Positions 14,362 to 28,200 of a stretch of DNA of 64,000 bases are shown piece after piece. The translations under genes and the position numbers were made by a program. Source of the DNA: Eledone cirrhosa. Lineage: Eukaryota. Position 1 is the stretch's first letter, and each line of letters begins with the position of its first letter. The DNA lies in NCBI GenBank assembly GCA_964016885.1, contig OZ024743.1, positions 313,224,001 to 313,288,000 of the forward strand, written 5' to 3'. Under the pieces are notes generated by a model, which searched no databases, was not told the DNA's origin, and saw only the letters and a list, made by a program, of their open reading frames with translations.

Positions 14362-14369
<8 letters not shown>
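14017..14369. repeat. Long inverted repeat, ~160 bp arms with a ~30 bp spacer
   Basis: 14017-14179 is the reverse complement of ~14209-14369 (one mismatch seen); flanked by (TA)n. Confidence 0.95.
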
Positions 14370-14417
<48 letters not shown>

Positions 14418-14978
14418 CATGCACAAACACACACATACACACAAACATATAAATATCCAAATAGGAAGATTGTCTTTTAAATGAAGAGAGAGAAAAACCA
14501 ATAAGACAGACAAACAAACAAGCATACAGACAGACATATATTTGTCTTGTGTCTTCATGTTATTGAGCAAAGCATTCTTAGAAACCGAAGAAAATGCCAA
14601 CTCAATCATTGTTAATCTCAGCTGAGATGTGAGCTTCAATCCATTTTAGTTACTGGCAGTGTTCCACAATGTGCAAAAACACAGCCGAAATTATACGAGC
14701 GTGTCTCTATGTTTCTTTAATAGCCGAGGATAATGGAAGTTTGTGTAGCCATAGTTTTATATATTTAAAAGTATTTCCTTGAGAGTTGGCAGCGTCATTT
14801 AAAAGTAGTGATTTGTTAAAGGAGTGTATGAGCGTAGAAAGTTGCCAAAACAGATTGGTATTCTTTAGAAAATAATGTATATATATATAAATATAAAGTC
14901 ATGATATCACGATATGATCTAGTTTCGTATTCTCAGATTGAAAATACTCAATTAAGAAAAGATGAGAGGAAAGAAAGT

Positions 14979-15064
<86 letters not shown>

Positions 15065-15595
15065 CATACACACATATATAGAATGGTAAATGAAAAGAAG
15101 TGAGAAAGAAAAAGACAAACTCAAGTAGAGAATGAGACAGCTTACGTAGCAAATACCACCAGGAGTGTGAAACATTTAATCATGAAGCTAAAGAACTGGA
15201 TGTTTACCTGCCGACAGAGAGACTCACGAATCCATTTGACGTGTACGTGGGAAGCACTAGATTAAACTTGGTACTTGCTATTTCTGATTTTAATGGGAGG
15301 AATTATATATATTCATTGTAAGGAATCGCTCACACACACGCATATAATACATATATCCATATATGTATGTATTCACACTCACAAACGCACACAAAAAAAC
15401 ATACACATATATTTATATATATGTATATAAGGTTGGATATGATATATATATATATACACACATCTCACTGTGTAACACACTTCTCTTTGTGTAATATATC
15501 TGTATTTGAGCTCAGAAGAAAATTCTCTATTCTTCTTTGAGCTAATATTATTATTATTACTGTGAACTGCGGAATACTCTTAATTCCGATCCTCG

Positions 15596-15618
<23 letters not shown>

Positions 15619-15627
<9 letters not shown>

Positions 15628-16885
15628 GAAACACACAGATACATGCGGACACACACATATATACATGAATGCATCCGCACCCAACTGTGAGTTAAGGGTG
15701 CCAACTTCACCGATGTTGCTCAATGAATGACTGGGACAGACTAATTCAGTTTGAACCAGACTGAACCAGTATCAGAGTTAAAAATACATTATGAAGAGAG
15801 AAGAAACATTTAGATATAATTAGTAATAAAATGTATCATACCTAAACTGTTCCTAAATTCCTCGTCTACGTAGTTTCGTGGCATAAACAAAAACAATATA
15901 TCAAAGATATAGAGTCCTTGCGAGGTCTGCCGACTTATCAAGAGGATACCTCATTTTACTAGTCTCAAGAACGCGTCTACACGACGTGAGAAAAAATCCC
16001 AAAAGGCGGAGGGGGAGACAGTCACGCGATATAACGGTCGAGAAACAGAGCTAAGCCTCTTATAACCACGAAGAAAATACCACGGAGGCGGAGGGGGTAT
16101 TCATATCGAGGCCGTAGAAGAGGTAGTGAAGAAGGCGAGAAGTATGAGTAATGGAAGCTTTCCAGTTGTCCCCACACTTCAAAGATTGCTCGACCAGAGG
16201 GAGTTATTAATATATTTAGAAACACACAGATACATGCGGACACACACATATATACATGAATGTATCCGCACCCAACTGTGAGTTAAGGGTGCCAACTTCA
16301 CCGATGTTGCTCAATGAATGACTGGGACAGACTAATTCAGTTTGAACCAGACTGAACCAGTATCAGAGTTAAAAATACATTATGAAGAGAGAAGAAACAT
16401 TTAGATATAATTAGTAATAAAATGTATCATACCTAAACTGTTCCTAAATTCCTCGACTACGTAGTTTCGTGGCATAAACAAAAACAATATATCAAAGATA
16501 TAGAGTCCTTGCGAGGTCTGCCGACTTATCAAGAGGATACCTCATTTTACTAGTCTCAAGAACGCGTCTACACGACGTGAGAAAAAATCCCAAAAGGCGG
16601 AGGGGGAGACAGTCATACGATATAACGGTCGAGAAACAGAGCTAAGCCTCTTATAACCACGAAGAAAATACCACGGAGGCGGAGGGGGTATTCATATCGA
16701 GGCCGTAGAAGAGGTAGTGAAGAAGGCGAGAAGTATGAGTAATGGAAGCTTTCCAGTTGTCCCCACACTTCAAAGATTGCTCGACCAGAGGGAGTTATTA
16801 ATATATTTAGAAACACACAGATACATGCGGACACACACATATATACATGAATGCATCCGCACCCAACTGTGAGTTAAGGGTGCCA
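15619..16885 (-). mobile_element. 591 bp tandem repeat (2.1 units), one hammerhead motif per unit
   Basis: Near-identical ORFs at 16022 and 16613 (offset 591); ribozyme motifs at 15859-15946 and 16450-16537. Confidence 0.85.
16450..16537 (-). ncRNA. Type I hammerhead ribozyme, U3-A8 variant, GUC site
   Basis: TCCTC-TTGATAA-GTcGGCA...TGCCAC-GAAA-CTACGTAG-TC-GAGGA. Confidence 0.75.
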
Positions 16886-17055
16886 TTACTCCATCTTACA
16901 ACTGTCACTCCATATGTAACACTACTCCATCTTACAACTGTCACTCCATATGTAACACTACTCCATCTTACAACTGTCACTCCATATGTAATACTACTCC
17001 ATCTTACAACTGTCACTCCATAAGTAACACTACTCCATCTTACAACTGTCACTCC

Positions 17056-17058
<3 letters not shown>
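16886..17058. repeat. 36 bp minisatellite, ~5 copies
   Basis: TACTCCATCTTACAACTGTCACTCCATATGTAACAC repeated. Confidence 0.95.
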
Positions 17059-17087
<29 letters not shown>

Positions 17088-17384
17088 GGAGAGAGAGAGG
17101 TATAAGTACACAGACACAAAAATAAGATGGTGTAGGACACAACAAAGGAGAGACACAAAATAACAACAAAAGTAATCACATTGGAAATCACAGAATGCGT
17201 GATGAAAGAGCGTTGATGACAATCAACAACTAAACAACCACCCGGTTATTAAACTTACTGACTGCAAAATTATAATAATAAATTAATAAATTGTGGTAAA
17301 ATCAAACAGGCGCATCTTTTTGAATTGGCAGCATCACCCTCCCAAAGTATAATAACAATATATATATATATATATATATATATC

Positions 17385-17700
17385 CAATCCAGGGCATTCT
17401 CACTCCTGCTGGAGGAACACCTCCCTGGTTGACTCCCACCGCTTTCACCTCAGGGATGTAGCCCTACTCACCACGCCTAGCCAATTGTGGATTGGTGAGG
17501 CTATTTAACCCGTAGTTGTGGATGGCCGTTAGTTCCGAGGAGTTCGTCCGCTCTTTTACACGTCCTGTTTTTGTGCTGCTGGGGTTCCAATTACCCGCCT
17601 CATCAGACAAGAGTTGGCGCCGATCACTCGGCCATGAAGCAGGTTGTACAGGGTTACATGACACCAGTAGCACGTGACACCAGCAAACAGGTGGAGTACT
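17385..17700 (-). mobile_element. Diverged RTE-like 5' leader fragment
   Basis: Shares GCTACTGGT..CATGTAACC..GTACAACCTG and AACGGCCATCC with the heads of families A and B. Confidence 0.55.
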
Positions 17701-18400
17701 TAGCTTTGATAAATACCAAATAGTACTAAACAGAGCTCTGTCAGCTTTATCTCCCCCTGTTTGCTGAAAATTTAAAGGTCTTCAAAATGCTTTTAATTAA
17801 GCATACAGTGTATTGCAAAATACACTATATATACATTCATATATATATATATATATATGAAAAATGGCGTGCTGCTTGTTGCAAATGGGGTACATATGAA
17901 TAAAATTAGTCCTTCATCAGTGATCTTCCAACCGTCATTGATATTACTTCGCATTAAAGATCATATACCTCTGGTTGGTGCGTGCAATAACTAAAGAAAG
18001 TTATTGGGACACGTAAAATAGGGTGAAGCGAGCGAGACATGTAAACAAACAGAGATGGTAATGCAACGGAAAGAGAGGAAGAGGAGAAACAAGTCCGTAA
18101 TGTCTATGAACTTAAGTTCGGTGAAATCATAGACGAGAGATACAGACCATCCGACATGGGTGAGATGTGAGCGAGAAAAGGATTTCATATATATATATAG
18201 GAAAATGTTTGACCCCGACGGCATAGCTCAAGCCGTTTCGACGGGTATTTCTGGACTAAATTTAGTCCAAAAATAGCCGGCGAAACGGCTTCAGCTCTGC
18301 CGTTGAGGTTAAACATTTTCCTATTACCCACTCTACTACTCTAAGTATTGAGTACTCTGGTGCGTTATGATCCATCTGGTTCCTTACCACCTTTTATTCG

Positions 18401-18459
<59 letters not shown>

Positions 18460-18613
18460 CCCGACACCTAGCGTTTTCGACTTGCCGAATAGAAATCGAA
18501 TCCACTTGGCATCGCGGTCGGGTTTTTACCTTCCTTTATACCAACACTACTTCTTCCCATGCAATGAGTACTATCCTGATTCTGGTCTCCTCAGTCTCGG
18601 CATCTCATAACTA

Positions 18614-18790
18614 CCGTATTTCCTGGCGTCGAAGACGCTACCCTTTTCCTAAAATAATTCTCAAAAATCTACCATGCGTCCTGGAGGTCGAAGGTTGCAT
18701 TTTTCATTATAAATTTTAAAAAACATTTTTGGTTGTCAAAATTAGGGTGCATCCCCGAGGACAAAGCGTCTTCGGCGCCGGGAAATACGG
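18614..18790. mobile_element. Tc1/mariner-superfamily (pogo/Tc2-like) MITE
   Basis: TIRs CCGTATTTCCTGGCGTCGAAGACGC and GCGTCTTCGGCGCCGGGAAATACGG; TA on the left, T(TA)n on the right. Confidence 0.8.
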
Positions 18791-18838
<48 letters not shown>

Positions 18839-18967
18839 GTGAATAGTGGTAGCTATGGTGCTTCCATAGGAGGTATGCCAAAATTAGCACTCGATATTCA
18901 TTAGAGTAGAGTGTAGATATTATAAAGAAAACGAAAAATCAGTGATGCATCTGGACTTAGTTTATTT

Positions 18968-19058
18968 CGTGTTACAAATGTTTCGCCGGCATGTAGCTCG
19001 AGTCATGGTCCTTGTATGGATCTGGCTGATTCTACTTTTGCGGGTTCTTTCAGACACG
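18968..19058 (-). ncRNA. Degenerate hammerhead motif
   Basis: CGTGT-CTGAAAGA-...-GAAA-CATTTG-TA-ACACG; one extra core base and an imperfect stem II. Confidence 0.5.
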
Positions 19059-19939
19059 GGTGTTACGCCCGGAGCAAATTTTATCACTGGGGTGTTATCA
19101 TAAACAACACCCTCAAAAAACCCTATTTCCACTTTTGACATGCTATTGGTTGCTTTTATTCCATGTCATCACAAGTTCTGGTCAGTGTCTGCTGCCACAC
19201 GGTTTATCATCAACCATTATCCGTCCGACACATTTCAAAGGAGTCATGCTGGGTTCAGTACTTCACACGTCTGCTCACACTTCAGAGTAAGAACCCACAC
19301 ATACTAAAATACACACATAACAACACACACACATGCATACACATACCCATCTATGCATACATACACGTACGCCTACATGCGGAGACAACACACCCGCACA
19401 ACATACATCGAAGTATATATACTCGCACAACGTCTCTCCCTCACTTCCACGGACCCATTCACACCCACTTGTTGAAACATACCACCACGAGCCTTCTGAC
19501 GGCTGTTTACTTCACGCTCTGTATCACTTGGGATAAGCATATCCTACTCAAACATACACATATATACATACATACGCGCGCACATACACATACGCCCAAC
19601 ATTTAAATATATATATATCTATATCTATATATATATACACACTCATACACACACTTATATACATACACACATACATACATTTATACATACACATGTGTAT
19701 ACACATACATCTATATATACACACATATACATACATACACACGAATATACATACGTTCATAAACATTACCTACACACCTACATACACACACACATATATA
19801 TATATATTCATATACATATATATATACATATATACACACAAAAGAAAAGAGACAACTTAAGACGCGTACGCACATTCACACATATACATACAAATACCCA
19901 CACATATGCCGATATACATACATTTACACATGCATACGC

Positions 19940-20019
<80 letters not shown>

Positions 20020-20336
20020 ATGTACGTGTGTAGGTAATGTTTATGTACGTATGTATATTCGTGTGTATGAGTGGACATGTGTGAGTATACACTTATATAT
20101 GTATTTGTGTGTATGTATATGTGTGTATATATATATATGTGTGTGTATACACATGTGTATGTATAAATGTATGTATGTGTGTATGTATATATGTGTGTGT
20201 ATGAGTGTATATATATAGTAAGTAGAATCAGCCAGATCCATACAAGGACCATGACTCGAGCTACATGCCGGCGAAACATTTGTAACACGAAGTCCAGATG
20301 CATCACTGATTTTTCGTTTTCTTTATAATATATAGT

Positions 20337-20577
20337 TGTAATAAAATGAAAACGAAATTCCATTTCTCACTCTTAGTACGGCACTTACTTAAATGCAAGC
20401 TTGAAACTAGTACATCGTTCCTGTGTCAGTGTTGAACAAAAAGGTGACGTGGTTGCCTTAACACCGTGCGGCATAAATTCAGGCTGTTTAGTTTGTTTAC
20501 AAACGAACAAAGCGAGCGCTATAATAAGCGTCCGCTAAACTGATGCGTACATATATGTATGTGTACCTGTATGTATA

Positions 20578-20610
<33 letters not shown>

Positions 20611-21132
20611 GCATGCTACTGTACGTCTGTATACATATATGTATGTACGTATACATACATACTTACATTTAAGTAAGTGCCGTACTAAGAGTGAGAAATG
20701 AAATTTCGTTTCCATTTTATTACAACTCATCGTTTTCGGTGGGCCTGACCGATTTAACTCACTCGATATGCAAATTAGGCTGCTCAGCCGTTAATTTTCA
20801 TAAGGAAAGTATATACTTTCGAACGTTCAACTATCTGGCAGATGGGTATACGGTGCTGATGATAGCTAACAAGCTTGAAACTAGTACATCGTTCCTGTGT
20901 CAGTGTTGAACAAAAAGGTGACGTGGTTGCCTTAACACCGTGCGGCATAAATTCAGGCTGTTCAGTTTGTTTACAAACGAACAAAGCGGGCGCTATAATA
21001 AGCGTCCGCTAAACTGATGCGTACATATATGTATGTGTACCTGTATGTATATATATGTATATATATATATATATATGCATGCTACTGTACGTCTGTATAC
21101 ATATATGTATATACGTATACATACATACTTAC

Positions 21133-21135
<3 letters not shown>
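20337..21135 (+). mobile_element. Hammerhead-bearing element (family C): partial tandem with ~474 bp period and an inverted 5' piece
   Basis: 20397-20668 repeats from 20871; 20337-20395 is the reverse complement of ~20666-20724; relatives at 58050-58440 and 59268-59830. Confidence 0.8.
20850..20892 (+). ncRNA. Minimal type I hammerhead ribozyme, GUA site
   Basis: ACGGTG-CTGATGA-tAGCT aaca AGCTt-GAAA-CTAG-TA-CATCGT. Confidence 0.8.
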
Positions 21136-21990
<855 letters not shown>

Positions 21991-22261
21991 TAAAACATGT
22001 CTATAGAATCACCAGATAAAATATATACCATTTCCTCTCCCAATTAGCATAATTAACCATATAAAAATCGATTAGACCAAGCTATAAGAATAAAGGCTTC
22101 TATGAAGAAATCTCCGACAAATAACCGAAAGCAGCCCTTCGCTTCGGTTGCCACGGAGTATTTATCGAGTATTTCGACAGCTTGTATAAATCGCTCAGAT
22201 ATAGTCAACTAAACAGAATTAGGTGTAAAATAAACTAGGAGAAAAGTGAACATATTTAGTT

Positions 22262-22339
22262 ACCTCTACCATGGTTTCGTCCGCATTTTAAGATATCCGA
22301 TAGCATCGGACATCTAGAGCACCGGACTCTTCAGGAAGT
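22262..22339 (-). ncRNA. Type I hammerhead ribozyme with extended stem II, GUA site
   Basis: ACTTC-CTGAAGA-GTCCG...AGATGTCCGAT gct ATCGGATATCT...CGGAC-GAAA-CCATGG-TA-GAGGT. Confidence 0.85.
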
Positions 22340-22490
22340 TAGCTCAAATTTAGACAATAAATTTTCCAAAGTGATCGCGCCAAGAATACATTCAAAAATG
22401 GCTAAGAATCGTGACGTAGCAGCGGTCAGGTTAGAAAGAATATGATTAGTTGCTTACGGCTGGTGGCCTTTTGCTAGAAAGCGCAGCACA

Positions 22491-22521
<31 letters not shown>

Positions 22522-22523
<2 letters not shown>

Positions 22524-22614
22524 GGGTGGAGCAAAAGTCGCAATACATAGGAAAAATAATTACATTTTTAAGTTTCCATACTTTTCCTATGTATCACGAC
22601 ATTCGGTTCACCCA

Positions 22615-22651
<37 letters not shown>

Positions 22652-22783
22652 TAAATATATATATATATATATAGGGTGGCCCAAAAGTCGCGATACATAA
22701 AAAAGGAATTATGTTTTATATCAAAATAAATAAATAGTGAAACTTAAAAATCTCCTATGTATTGCGACTTTTGGACCACCCTA
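22522..22783. mobile_element. Two adjacent Tc1/mariner-type MITEs (~95 and ~110 bp) within (TA)n
   Basis: TIRs TAGGGTGGCCCAAAAGTCGCGATACATA and TATGTATTGCGACTTTTGGACCACCCTA (22672-22783); diverged copy at 22522-22616. Confidence 0.8.
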
Positions 22784-22784
22784 C

Positions 22785-22820
<36 letters not shown>

Positions 22821-22842
22821 TTACACATATATATAGATATAT

Positions 22843-23027
22843 AATTGTTTCTACTTTTGGCACAAGGCCAGCAATTATCCCAGTGTATTACTGGTAGTCT
22901 ATTTCATTGACCCTGTAAGGATAAAAGACAAAGTTAACCTCGGCGGGATTTGAACCCAGACCATAAAAGGCCATAACTCTTTGCTGCAAAGCATGGCGTC
23001 CGACCTTCTACCGATACTGCCAATCCA
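22843..23027 (-). mobile_element. tRNA-derived SINE
   Basis: Reverse complement of the family consensus. Confidence 0.9.
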
Positions 23028-23134
23028 ATAATACCATATAAACATAAATTTTACGTACATAAATTCATCCTCCCAATTATTACATATATACTCAGTGACA
23101 GCGATATTGGTGAATCAATGAAAATAAAATATAC

Positions 23135-23825
23135 TTAATGTTAAGGACTGAACTAATCACAATGGCGTCTCGTTTCTATAGCTACAGTCTCTTTAATAAA
23201 AACTTAGCTATTCGCATTTGTGCTTTTGTTCCTATGGCTACTTCTTTAACGCGGCTGAGTTTGCTGCATTTGTATCTTGTAGCTATGGTTGCAGTTTCAT
23301 TAATTCGCACAGAGGAAAAATCTTTGATGTCTCGTAGTCATGGTTTCAATTTCAGTAATACTGACTGAACTAGCCACGTTTATGTCTATTCTCATAGTAA
23401 CTACTTGATGAATACGGACTGAGCTAACCATATTTGAGTCTCGTTCTCATGTTATGAGTTTTATTATTATGGAATGTGCTAGTCATGTTTATGTCCCGTC
23501 CCTATGACTACAATGTCATTCAAACGGATACAGGAAACCTCATTTATGTTTCGTTTTCATGGTTAGTTTCATTAATACGAATTGAGATGGCCTTATTTGT
23601 ATCTTGTTTCCATAGCTACAGATTTTTTAATAAGCACTGTGTTAGCCCTATTTGTGTCATATTCTGATGCTTACGGCTTCCTTAATAAGGACAGAGCTGG
23701 CCATGTTTACCATCTCATCAATACGGAATGAACTAGCTATATTTCTGTCTCGTTTCCATGGTTACGGCGTTTCAATGATACGGAGCTAACCATCATTTGT
23801 GTCTTGTAGCTATGGCTACAATTCC
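23135..23825. repeat. Old, diverged ~54-55 bp tandem array
   Basis: GACTGA(A/G)CTA-like motif at about 23147, 23254, 23363, 23418, 23472, 23580, 23635 and 23690. Confidence 0.7.
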
Positions 23826-24414
23826 ATGCTCGTTAAATTATATGATCCATCAGCCGCGACTCTAAACTCTAAATCTCTCAACACATAATTAGGAATCTAG
23901 CAAGCTAGTAATGCAATCACTGGAACGAAAATAGAGCAATTTATCGATGTAGAAAGTATTCCTATCTCCTAAAGTGTACTAGACTGCAAATAGTCAGCAA
24001 AATTGCAATTGATTCCGATTCTTTTACATATAAATGATTCCTCCATATATAATGACTGTTCTATGTTTTGCGAATGAAGTGCCGCCATTTTGAATGGGGA
24101 AAATAAATAATAGAAAAAAAAAAAACGTAGCGTAGCTTATGAAATCAAGTGAAATTGTTTATTCGGAGTGAAACTTAACTGAAAGACCATCAGGTAATAG
24201 TAATAAATGAACTCACCCTTCCCCACCATTTCATAGAAATCTGATAACCTCGTTATGCGAACACCCACAGCCACACACATTGATACACACATACACGCAC
24301 ACATATACACTCACACAAACACAGACACGCATACACACATACACACACACACAAATCAGACACACAGACATATATTTTGTTGAACGCTGTTTTTGATTTT
24401 GCCATCCACCACTC

Positions 24415-24808
<394 letters not shown>

Positions 24809-25260
24809 CCTCGCCCACTTATTCCTGGGAGGATCATGAGGACACAGTCTTCAAGCTCTCCTTCCATCGGGTCCGGTCAGAAGCAACTATTTTCAATTGA
24901 TCTGGTTGGATACCCAAGCGAGATCAGCCGAGCTCGTGGATCTTATTCAACCATCTTGCTCGGTGTCGTTCCCTGGGTTTGCCCGTAAAATATGTTCAGC
25001 GATTCTTTCCTGAGATATTCTAACCACATGTCCGTCGTATTGGAGCTGCAATCTCTCAATTCCGATATCCGAGCTACATACTCTATCGAATAGCTATACT
25101 CAAAATACCCTTCAGAGGAACTACATTTCGACCGCTTGTATTCGAGATCACATTTTTTCGGTATTTTCCCAAGATACATGATCGTAGGTTAGGGTTGGCA
25201 CGAATACCGAATTGAGTTTAGCTTTTGCGCGTACTCTCCTTCTAATGACTGAATGCTGAA
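24809..25260 (-). mobile_element. RTE-clade LINE 3' fragment with (GAA)n tail
   Basis: Minus strand gives SVFVPTLTYDHVSW, RIQAVEM, GHVVR and ASDRTRWK; abuts (CTT)n. Confidence 0.75.
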
Positions 25261-25261
25261 G

Positions 25262-28200
25262 CTGACAGTTCCAACTGTCTGACAGGTACCGACTAGATTT
25301 CCCTAATGCGCCAGTGTGGACCTGGGCTAACCGCATAGAGTCATCTAGATCGTATATAGACAGGATATTCATAAGGAAAATAGACAGAAATAGTGTAAGC
25401 TGTCCACGTTTTGAAACAGTCGCCTATTCAGATCACAAGTTTGTGATCTGTATGGTCGACCTAGATATGACGCGTAGGTTAGGACCTGGTTACTGGAATC
25501 TAAACATGTCATTTCCGGCACGTAAGGTTTACAGGGACCTGGTCAACAATTTAGTTAAGAAAAAGTTGACAGGGGGAGTCGTCAACAATAGATGGTGGTG
25601 GTGGTGGTGGTGGTGGTGGGGGGGGGGGGGGGCTCTCTCAAAAGAGAGATTAGAGTAATGTCGATAGAGTTTAGCAAAGAAGTAGCGTTAGAGAAAAATA
25701 GAAAGGAGGGGGAGTTGGTAGATAAGTTAGGCTATTGGTAGTGGCATTGCAACTGACGTGCTAGCGGCGAGAATGGCATTAGACCATTTCTTCAATGCGA
25801 AACACGAAGGTTGCATTGTCAGAGCTAAGGCGCGTGCTCTGAGAAACGAGGGAACCAAAGCTGTTCGATGGGCCCGAGTGACAGAGGCGCAGCGTGGTAA
25901 TAAAACCACGATTCGGTCTTTGACAGACCGAGACGGACACGAGCTGAGCGATTCTAAGCGGATGTGTGAGGCCTTTCGCCAACATTTTGCTCGGTTGTTC
26001 GGGGGAAGTGGCGGGTCAGAGATGGTGGCGGACTTCAGTCCCTACCTCGAAGGATTGCCGCAACTCTCGACGGCTGACGCTGGGCGCTGCGAAAGGCCAA
26101 TTACTTCAGCCGAGATTCAGGATGCCCTTGTCGGCTGCATGAGGCGCAAGTCACCCGGTTTGGATGGTCTGCCCTACGAGCTTTGCGTAAATATGCCAGA
26201 CTTGTTCTCCAATCTCCTCGAAGCCCTCTACTGCAACTGGCAGCAAAACGGGAGTATTCCCAGTTCTGTGAGCCGGGGCGTAGTGACGCTGATAAGGAAA
26301 GACGAGAACAAGAGGGACACATTAGACAATTTCAGGCCCATAACTCTGCTCAACACAGAGTTTAAGATTTTGGCCAGGGTGTTAGCGAAGAGGTTGGCGC
26401 TTGTCGTCGGGGATTTGGTTGGGGAGGCGCAAACTTGCGCAATCCCAACCAGGTCCATACACGACAACCTCCACCTAGTGCGATACATCATAGAGAGGGT
26501 AGGGTGTAAACCTGGCTTCGGTGGGGCTCTGATCAATTTAGATCAATCGAAAGCATTCGATAGGGTCGACCATCGGTACCTGGAGGCTGTCCTCAAGGCA
26601 GCTGGCTTCGGCCCTGTCTTCAGAAGCTGAATCGCTGCAATGCACAGTGGCACCTGCTCGATGGTCAAAATTAATGGTCACCTTTCAGAACCGTTTCAGG
26701 TCTCCCGATCGGTCCGTCAAGGGTGCCCTCTCTCCTCCCTTCTGTACGTATTGACTCTCGAGCCGTTGCTGCGGACGCTGGAGCTGTTGCAGGGCATCCC
26801 GCTCGAACCGGGACGCGGAAAGGCTGTGTCGGCTTATGCGGACGACATCACCGTGATGGTGTCGGACACCTCAGAAATCGAGGTGGTCGGCAACTTATTG
26901 GAGGAATATGAAAGTTTGACGGGAGCAAAACTTAACCCGGAAAAGTCGGTGGGCTTGCATCTCAGCACCTGGAGAGGCAAGACCATGCCGTCCAACAGCG
27001 TCGTTAGGCGCTGGACGGACGGACCAGTACAGTTGCTCGGGGTTTGGTTCGGGCCAGACCTCCAGGTGGATAAGAATTGGAACGAAGTGACGGGCAGGGT
27101 AGCCAGTCTCACCCAGAAATGGGCTGGGATGAAGCTATCACTGAAAGGTCGGGCAGAGGTGGTGAACGCGTCCGTCATCTACTACCGTCTGACCGTCGTC
27201 CCTTGCCCCCGTTCGCGCCTCGCCATCTTGGAGCGGCTCCTCTTCAAATTCTTGTGGAGGGGTTAGGTTCCGCTGGTGAGGCGTTCTATCTACAGCCAGC
27301 ACCCTCTACGTGGATCGCTGGGCATGCCGTGGCTAATGATGCGCAGGCAATCGCTGAGGCTGCGGTATCTCCAGATATTCTGCCTAAACGGTGAACAGGT
27401 GTGGTCGCCGTTTGTCAGACCGGCCTTTCCGCAGCTCGTTTTTTTGACTGAGCTGCAGTCCTGGGTCAAGAAGAGACCGAGACTGGGTGACTGGCATCTG
27501 GAATGTTGCCAGGCACTCACTGCCCTCTACCAGGCGGGCAATGCGGTCAGTGGAACTTCCACTCTCGAGTTCTATAGAGGATTAGTGGTGGGCAAGTGCG
27601 ACGACGCACTCGGAGAGACTCTGGGAGTCAACGAAGTCGAACTAACCAGTCTGTACTGGAGGACTTTCGAGCCGAGGACGATGGATAATTTCCAAAAATC
27701 CCTCGCTTGGCAGTGCTACCGGGGGCACTGCCGGTGCGAGATAAACTCTACAGGCACGGAAGTGCTGTCAGACGGACCTGTGCGAGATGCGCGCAGACCG
27801 GCGACAAAACCCTTCTGCACGCACTCGTCCAGTGTCCGTGCATTACTGACTTGTGGAGTTATGTTGAACAGCTGTTGTCGCGTGTAGAAGGGATCCGGCT
27901 ATCGGCCGAGTCCATAGTGAAGATCGACCCGTCGCCTTCTTTTGGCCAGGAAGGTCAGGCAATTTTCCTCTGTCTGGTGGCAGTAGCGAAAGAGGTTGTA
28001 TGGTGGACGAGGTTGAAAGGACTGAAGACAGACACTTATATCTTCGGCCAATCGCTCATCAACTTTTTCAAGTTTCACTTGGAAAGGAAGGTGAGGGTGG
28101 AGAGAGAAGTGCTGCCCCCAGTACATTTGCTGAAAGCTGGGTGAATGTGGCGAGAATGGCCCGTGTGAGTGGGCCTACTCTGGTCATGCGGCTGTAGGTA

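Noticed and set aside
16886-17058. 36 bp repeats of CRISPR-like length
   Set aside because: Contiguous units with no unique spacers, no cas genes and a eukaryotic context
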